Assembly: GCA_964590575.1 (NCBI GenBank)
Contig: CAZPWM010000040.1
Span: forward strand, 12,287-25,218
DNA length: 12,932 nucleotides
Direction of reading: 5' to 3'
Source: an uncultured archaeon
GTDB taxonomy: Archaea; Asgardarchaeota; Thorarchaeia; Thorarchaeales; Thorarchaeaceae
In this document: piece after piece, positions 7,346 through 12,932 of the stretch
How positions within the stretch are numbered: position 1 is the stretch's first letter
How the letters are laid out: each line of letters begins with the position of its first letter
Made by a program: the position numbers and the translations under genes
Notes under the pieces: generated by a model
Databases searched by the model: none
What the model was told of the DNA's origin: nothing
What the model saw: only the letters and a program-made list of their open reading frames with translations

Positions 7346-8236
7346 ATGTCACGAAAACTTGGAATAGCTGGTTTACAGCTTAAGAAACATCCAGACAATC
7401 CAACAAGAACTCTTGAGAATTTTGAAAAGACTGTCAGGAACACTAAAGCCACCTTCCCATGGGTTGATTTGATTTTCACAGGAGAGTTGTTGCTTCAACC
7501 ATACGGAGAGAAGGATTGGAAAGACAAAGCAGTCAAGATACCAGGTGATCTCTCAATGAGACTATCTGATTTAGCCAGGGAGATTGGGTGTTGGTTAGTT
7601 CCAGGTTCCTTCCTAGAGGTTGATGAATCTAAAATATACAACACAGCTATTGCTTTCAATCCAAAAGGAGAGATGGTCGCGAAATATCGGAAGATATACC
7701 CATGGGAGCCATACGAAGATACGGCGAAGGGATCTGAATTTGTGGTATTTGATATCCCAGGAGTCACAAAGGTGGGTCTAGTGATTTGCTATGATTTATG
7801 GTTCCCAGAATTATTCCGTACACTTGCATGGATGGGAGCAGAAGTGATTCTGCAACCATCAGCGACCTACACACCTGACCGTGATGCTGAGTTGATTCTT
7901 GTACCAGCCCAAGCAATCATGAATCAGTGCTATGTCTTAAATTCGAACATTATTAGTGCCAAAGGTGGTGGAAGATCTATTTTTGCAGATCCTGAAGGAA
8001 GAGTTCTCCAACAAGTAGGTTCCCACGAGGAAGTGATGACGGAGGTCATAGATTTGGATAAAGTTGCATGGGTTCGTCAGAATGGCTCTTTCGGAATCAC
8101 TCCAGTTTGGAAAGCCATCAGAGATAGTGCTGTTGGTGGTGACTTCCCTCCATATCAGAAACTGCAGGAGGGAGAAGTTTTCAAAAATCTTGGTGAACAC
8201 AAAGTACAGAAAAGTATCAGGGAATGGAAGGTCTGA
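7346..8236 (+). CDS. Carbon-nitrogen hydrolase (nitrilase superfamily amidase, Nit/omega-amidase-like)
   Basis: Glu-Lys-Cys triad in FTGEL, YRKIYPW and ICYDLWFPE; also YNTA and GRSIFADPEG. ATG at 7346 follows GAGGAG; an alternative ATG at 7319 overlaps the previous stop. Confidence 0.93.
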   Translation: MSRKLGIAGLQLKKHPDNPTRTLENFEKTVRNTKATFPWVDLIFTGELLLQPYGEKDWKDKAVKIPGDLSMRLSDLAREIGCWLVPGSFLEVDESKIYNTAIAFNPKGEMVAKYRKIYPWEPYEDTAKGSEFVVFDIPGVTKVGLVICYDLWFPELFRTLAWMGAEVILQPSATYTPDRDAELILVPAQAIMNQCYVLNSNIISAKGGGRSIFADPEGRVLQQVGSHEEVMTEVIDLDKVAWVRQNGSFGITPVWKAIRDSAVGGDFPPYQKLQEGEVFKNLGEHKVQKSIREWKV

Positions 8237-8238
8237 CA

Positions 8239-9531
8239 GTGACAAGTGAGGAACTAAAAACCTCGGTACGGAACTGGATTAGAGAGAATGAAGATCAACT
8301 AGTTAGATTGACTCAGAATCTGGTTAGAATCCCAAGTGTTTCTGGAGATGAGTTCAAAGTTCAAAACTTTGTACGAAAAGTCCTCAAAGACATGAAACTC
8401 AAACCTGAGATGATAAATCCAGATTTAGAGATACTGAGAAAAGATGACGACTATTTTGAAACAACTTCGTATTCACGAGTCGGATATGAGAACAGACCAA
8501 ATGTAATTGCTACCCTTACGGGTTCGGGAGGAGGAAAGTCAATATGTCTCACAGGTCATATTGATGTTGTAAGCCCAGAGCCACTTGAGGCTTGGACAAG
8601 AAACCCGTGGGGTGCTGAAATAGATGGGGACCAGCTCTATGGTAGAGGATCAGGAGATATGAAGGCGGGAGTTGCAGCTATGCTCATTGCAGTTCAAGCC
8701 ATTCAAGAACTAGATATTCAGCTCAAGGGTGATATCCAACTCGAAACAACGATTGAAGAAGAGGATGGTGGAGTTGGAGGTAATCTGTTCCTTCGACTTG
8801 TTCGTCCTAAGGTTGATGCCGCAATCAATCCTGAGCCTACGTATCACAATCTTGGGGTTGCTAGCGGTGGGGTTATGTATTTCCGAGTAACCGTAAAAGG
8901 TGTTCCCGCACATGCAGCAACAGCCCATTTTGGGGTTAATGCAATAGAGAAGATGATGTTGGTAGTTAGTGCATTACTAGACTTGAATGTGAAGAGACAG
9001 AACTCCACAAGTTTCAATATTGTAGAAGAGGCAGACCCAAGAATGAAGGGACATGTGACAACAATCAATATTGGAACAATCTCATCTGGTGATTGGCCTT
9101 CGACAGTTCCAGCAAAGGCAGTATTAGAAAGTCGTATTGGTTGGCCGCCAGGAGAATCAAGAGAAGAGGTTCAGAGGCAGGTTGAAGAAACGATTAGCCG
9201 TGTTGCTAGGAATGACCAATGGCTAGTAGATAATCCACCAGTCATTGAATGGTTTGGTTGGTATGCGAGACCGCACCAACTTAATCTTGAAGACCCATTT
9301 GTAAAACTGATGAAGAAAAATATCAATGAGGTAGTAGGCGTAGAACCAAAATTTGCTGGAGGCTCTGCAGGATTAGATACTCGTTTCTTTTCCCACCGAG
9401 GTACACCTGCAGTTACCTTTGGACCTCATACCCAAAGAATACACTCTTTCGATGAATGGGTGAGTATCGATTCTACGGTGAAGACAGCAGAAACCATTGC
9501 AACTGTGCTAATTGACTGGTGTGGTGTCTAG
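8239..9531 (+). CDS. M20 family ArgE/DapE-like deacylase (acetylornithine deacetylase-like)
   Basis: Motifs LVRIPSVSG, RPNV, GHIDVV, YGRGSGDMKAG, EEE, EPT, AHAA and IHSFDE, with all metal ligands present. GTG at 8239 follows GGAAGGT (alternative ATG at 8224). Confidence 0.93.
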   Translation: MTSEELKTSVRNWIRENEDQLVRLTQNLVRIPSVSGDEFKVQNFVRKVLKDMKLKPEMINPDLEILRKDDDYFETTSYSRVGYENRPNVIATLTGSGGGKSICLTGHIDVVSPEPLEAWTRNPWGAEIDGDQLYGRGSGDMKAGVAAMLIAVQAIQELDIQLKGDIQLETTIEEEDGGVGGNLFLRLVRPKVDAAINPEPTYHNLGVASGGVMYFRVTVKGVPAHAATAHFGVNAIEKMMLVVSALLDLNVKRQNSTSFNIVEEADPRMKGHVTTINIGTISSGDWPSTVPAKAVLESRIGWPPGESREEVQRQVEETISRVARNDQWLVDNPPVIEWFGWYARPHQLNLEDPFVKLMKKNINEVVGVEPKFAGGSAGLDTRFFSHRGTPAVTFGPHTQRIHSFDEWVSIDSTVKTAETIATVLIDWCGV

Positions 9532-9536
9532 AGGTA

Positions 9537-10730
9537 TCAACTGATTATGAGACTCTCGATGTCTCGAGGATATTTCGTCAAAACCTCTATTCCATCATCT
9601 GTCACCACAAAGGTATCACTATGTCTGAATCCACCAAGTCCTTTCTCATAGATTCCGGGTTCACAGGAGAAAATCATTCCAGGTTCGAGAACATCTTCAG
9701 AACCCTTGTCTAGGAAAGGTCGTTCATGACCCTCCATCCCAAGAGCATGACCTGTATGATGTCTGACGAGGTGAATAGCATCATGATCTTTGAAGGCTTG
9801 ACGTGCAGCATTGTCAACGTCTGAACAATAAACTCCAGGACCTGCAGCTTCGAGCGCTGCATCTTGCGCAGCCAACATCGCCTTGAAGAGTTCTCTCTGC
9901 CTTGAACTTGGTTCACCCATGAACATTGTCCGTTCCAATTCAGACTGAACTCCGTAGACATCTGAAGAGGCACCTGTTACTAAGGTATCCCCCTTCTTGA
10001 ACACAAGACCTGCTGACAAAGCGTGCGGAAAATAGGAGTTGGGACCTATTTGACCTCGATAAAGTGCAATCGCTGGGAAGATAGAAAAACCTGTAGGGTG
10101 ATACTCATCACCAAGCTCATTCACCATGTCATGAGACCCTTGTGTGCTTGCTCTGATTGTCACATCGATTTCGTTAGCTCCAACCTCAGTGTATTCTTGT
10201 AGATACCTATGAGCTCGGTCAGCCCATCTGGCAGATTCACGCATTAGTTCAATCTCCTCAGGTTCCTTTATGACCCGCATGTCCATGATGATGTCAGGAA
10301 GCAGTTTGAACTTCAGACCAGTAACATCCTCCAAACTTGGACCCTTATATCCCCAATATCCAGGCGCACCCGGAGCTTCAGATGCAACCCTATTTGGCGT
10401 GAGTTTAACTTCATTCTTTAGAATTGCCGCTAAATGGTGCATCGGATGCCGCTCATCGGGATATTCAAAATATGAGAAAATCTGAGAAACAAAAGGTACC
10501 TGATGTTGTGTGTGGTCGATCTCAAGAGAAGGGACAAAGAAATTGACATCGCCCTTATGTAAAATCAGGATGATAGGTCTCTCAGTTGGAATGAAAGAAA
10601 ATCCTGTGAGGTAGAAGATGTTTTTTGAGTTGATAATCAAAAAAGACTCAATATTCTGTTCTACAAGAATCATGCTGAGTTTTTCAACTCGTTTCTTATG
10701 ATGCTCTGGGGTCAAATATGTGCGTCCCAT
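9537..10730 (-). CDS. M24 family (Xaa-Pro peptidase/creatinase fold) hydrolase, creatinase-like with non-canonical metal ligands
   Basis: Creatinase/prolidase N-domain (NIFYLTGF), MRVIKEPEEIELMRESA, FPH, SELERT, HHTGHALG..HERP, EPGIY, GGFRHSDT and LTKYP. ATG at 10730 (alternative GTG at 10745). Confidence 0.92.
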   Translation of the reverse strand: MGRTYLTPEHHKKRVEKLSMILVEQNIESFLIINSKNIFYLTGFSFIPTERPIILILHKGDVNFFVPSLEIDHTQHQVPFVSQIFSYFEYPDERHPMHHLAAILKNEVKLTPNRVASEAPGAPGYWGYKGPSLEDVTGLKFKLLPDIIMDMRVIKEPEEIELMRESARWADRAHRYLQEYTEVGANEIDVTIRASTQGSHDMVNELGDEYHPTGFSIFPAIALYRGQIGPNSYFPHALSAGLVFKKGDTLVTGASSDVYGVQSELERTMFMGEPSSRQRELFKAMLAAQDAALEAAGPGVYCSDVDNAARQAFKDHDAIHLVRHHTGHALGMEGHERPFLDKGSEDVLEPGMIFSCEPGIYEKGLGGFRHSDTFVVTDDGIEVLTKYPRDIESLIIS

Positions 10731-10811
10731 CTTTCGACCACTCACATCAGGTAGAAATCATAACCCCGCAATAAGGATTGTCAAAGGAAGAAGTTAGAGT
10801 GTATCAGGAAT

Positions 10812-12932
10812 TCAGCCATCCGTAGCATGCAATTTAATGGTGAAAAAGCGCCCTTCACAGACATCTGTTCGAGTGTATGTTTCCATTCGGAAGTGACCCT
10901 TCAGTGATTCGGTCATTAAACGAGCAGCCAGCAGTCCCAAAGTTCCACTGCTGTATCCCTCCTCCTGGTCTGCTCTTCGTCCCGGTGCCTTGATGTCAAT
11001 TTGCCAATAACTCTCGCTTTCAACTACTGTTTGGCGGATTCCGATCGTGACTGTTTCACCCCTCTTTCTACACTCAAGAGCACTATATAGGATGTTCAAG
11101 AAGATTTGCACAAGGAGATCGTTAGCTATTGCATATGCCTGTGATTCTTCTGGTTGAAACTCCACTACAAGTTCGCCAGAACCAACCCGACGAGTGAAGA
11201 TATCAAGTGCACTAACAATAGTGTCTACCAAATTGATGGGTTGAAGACTACTGGACTCCAATTTATCAGCTTCACTTAGAAGCCGTACATTGCTAATCAA
11301 TTGCTCCGAGAATGAGATGACTTGGCGTCCGTCATCAGCAAGACGTTTTCTCTTCGTTTCAGAAATATCATGAGATCCAAGGAGCTCCATTGACATCATC
11401 ATCATTTGATTATAGTTCGAAACATCATGCATTAGCAGGTCTGCATACATATTCGCTCGTTGGTGTGATTCTTCTACCTCGTGCATTGCCCGTATATATA
11501 ACCAAATCAATAAAGGTGGACCAGCAAGCAAACCAACGAACAGAAGAATCTCTGAAACCCACCACCCTGTTTTCCAAACGTTATAGTAACTCTTCAGAAT
11601 ATTAGGTAGTATCCACATTGCGAGAAACAAAGCTATGTACATCTCAACAGAGGATTTACCCTGCGATTTTCCAGCTAAGAGGAAGATTAGGTATGCAAAG
11701 GCAAACATGACTGCTAGGTTCGATACTAGAAGTGCGAGGTCCCCATAGGGACTGTCAGCTATGGAAGGGACAGCAAGAATAGCGCGTTGATTAATTACTT
11801 CACCCAGTACTACTAATGTAATGAAGAGTGATAGGAGGGTTGCAACCAACTGAAGTGAGGGTTTATTGCGCTCAATTGGTGGACTTTGTGTCCAAAGGAT
11901 GGCTAGGAATAATAACGCGAGCGTTATGATGCTACCCACAACAAAGGGAATGATTGGTTCCCCCTTAAGAACGAGTATAGGCACAGTAAACATAATCACA
12001 AGAATGATTGAAATTGCGGCCCACAAACCAAATATCAGGACCATGGGGATGTAATTCCACGATTTCTTCTTCCTAGGATAAAGATAGAGTAGAATAGCCA
12101 TCATTCCTGAGAGCGAGGCGGCTCCAACATGAATTATCGAATAAGCAAAAAGATTCACCTCTTCAAAGTTAAAAATGAGAGGGAATGATTCTAAAATAAT
12201 CGTGAGTAAAAATGGCAGATAAGCAATCAATATCATTCCGATGACCAAACTGTATGCATTGCGTCTTCGAAAACCGGATCTCTTGAGAAAGGGGACAGCA
12301 AATGCTATACAAATTAGAAGAAAAGCAGCCATCTGAAGGGTTTCTGCGTATTCCCAGTTCAGTTCAGGAATTGCTAGGTTTGACATAGTGGCGATTGCAG
12401 CAACACAGAGAAGAAGCATTGCACTCACAAAATATCCTTGATCAAATGGCATGTCCTCAGCAGGATAGCGAAAGACAAGGAATGAAGCTAATAAGAATCC
12501 AGCCACAGCAATTATACCAATTGCATAACTCGCAAGAACAAGATGTTCCTGGTCGAGTAACGGAACGCCTACCGCCATCAAACCATAGATGACTAGTGGC
12601 GTAATGAAAATAAATGAAAGAACCCCTCTATTAACTAGTGTTCGTCGTTTAGCAATTAGTAAGAAACACACCATTGACCCAGTTAGTAATATTGCATACA
12701 TGACAAACTCCAGTAAATCAAGAGTAGTATCAACCAACGACCTTTGCACGGGGGGTGCCAATATCTGAAGCACGTTCTTTGCAGCACTTCCACTGTGAAG
12801 CACAATCGCAAAAAGCAGCGCAGAAACCATTAGTACATTTGCACGTAAAGGTCTGCTGTGATACGCTAGTACCCCTAGAGCAGCTGGAATAGAGATCCAA
12901 AAGGTAAGTACCGTATGAACCCCAACTCTTGT
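10812..12932 (-). CDS. Polytopic membrane sensor with a C-terminal histidine-kinase-like (HisKA + degenerate HATPase) module; 5' end lies outside the window
   Basis: The frame stays open from 12830 to the window end (no stop). More than 10 hydrophobic segments, then H-box DLLMHDVSNYNQ, N-box-like QIFLNILYSA, G2-like GTLGL and a terminal GRFFTIKL. Confidence 0.85.
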   Translation of the reverse strand, partial: TRVGVHTVLTFWISIPAALGVLAYHSRPLRANVLMVSALLFAIVLHSGSAAKNVLQILAPPVQRSLVDTTLDLLEFVMYAILLTGSMVCFLLIAKRRTLVNRGVLSFIFITPLVIYGLMAVGVPLLDQEHLVLASYAIGIIAVAGFLLASFLVFRYPAEDMPFDQGYFVSAMLLLCVAAIATMSNLAIPELNWEYAETLQMAAFLLICIAFAVPFLKRSGFRRRNAYSLVIGMILIAYLPFLLTIILESFPLIFNFEEVNLFAYSIIHVGAASLSGMMAILLYLYPRKKKSWNYIPMVLIFGLWAAISIILVIMFTVPILVLKGEPIIPFVVGSIITLALLFLAILWTQSPPIERNKPSLQLVATLLSLFITLVVLGEVINQRAILAVPSIADSPYGDLALLVSNLAVMFAFAYLIFLLAGKSQGKSSVEMYIALFLAMWILPNILKSYYNVWKTGWWVSEILLFVGLLAGPPLLIWLYIRAMHEVEESHQRANMYADLLMHDVSNYNQMMMMSMELLGSHDISETKRKRLADDGRQVISFSEQLISNVRLLSEADKLESSSLQPINLVDTIVSALDIFTRRVGSGELVVEFQPEESQAYAIANDLLVQIFLNILYSALECRKRGETVTIGIRQTVVESESYWQIDIKAPGRRADQEEGYSSGTLGLLAARLMTESLKGHFRMETYTRTDVCEGRFFTIKLHATDG

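Noticed and set aside
4082-8236. Selenocysteine readthrough at TGA stops
   Set aside because: The TGAs fall at expected protein ends or at start/stop overlaps, and homology does not visibly continue past them.
1140-9531. Genome-wide TAG reassignment
   Set aside because: TAG ends the BPL-N gene right after TM+KRR and ends the M20 gene at its expected C-terminus, 5 bp from a convergent gene.
1198-12592. Remaining short ORFs in the track (e.g. 1198-1569, 3285-3548, 4663-5013, 7937-8245, 9710-9973, 12395-12592)
   Set aside because: They overlap well-supported genes antisense or out of frame and show no recognisable motifs.

Overview
Archaeal-type window, most likely Asgard/Thorarchaeia-like (inferred from TATA-like promoters, GGTGA/GGAG RBSs, an HDxxN-type kinase H-box and a C-terminally anchored surface protein; not proven). 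It holds what looks like a co-regulated amide/peptide scavenging locus. Left arm (minus strand): a family-5 ABC substrate-binding protein (runs off the window) and a secreted, membrane-anchored BPL-N/GATase1-like hydrolase. Right arm (plus strand): M28 peptidase paralog A (interrupted by one in-frame TAG), a class-III PLP aminotransferase, M28 paralog B (altered active site), a nitrilase-family amidohydrolase and an ArgE/DapE-like M20 deacylase. These converge on a creatinase-like M24 hydrolase and a polytopic histidine-kinase-like sensor with a degenerate ATPase domain. Main oddities: (1) a near-identical 47-bp non-coding element upstream of both M28-A and the aminotransferase, whose TGTTCA-N4-TGTACA core recurs upstream of the SBP; (2) a pair of GCPII/transferrin-receptor-like M28 proteins, one catalytically intact but amber-interrupted, the other full length with D->E and E->Q active-site changes; (3) several altered-active-site enzymes in one locus.
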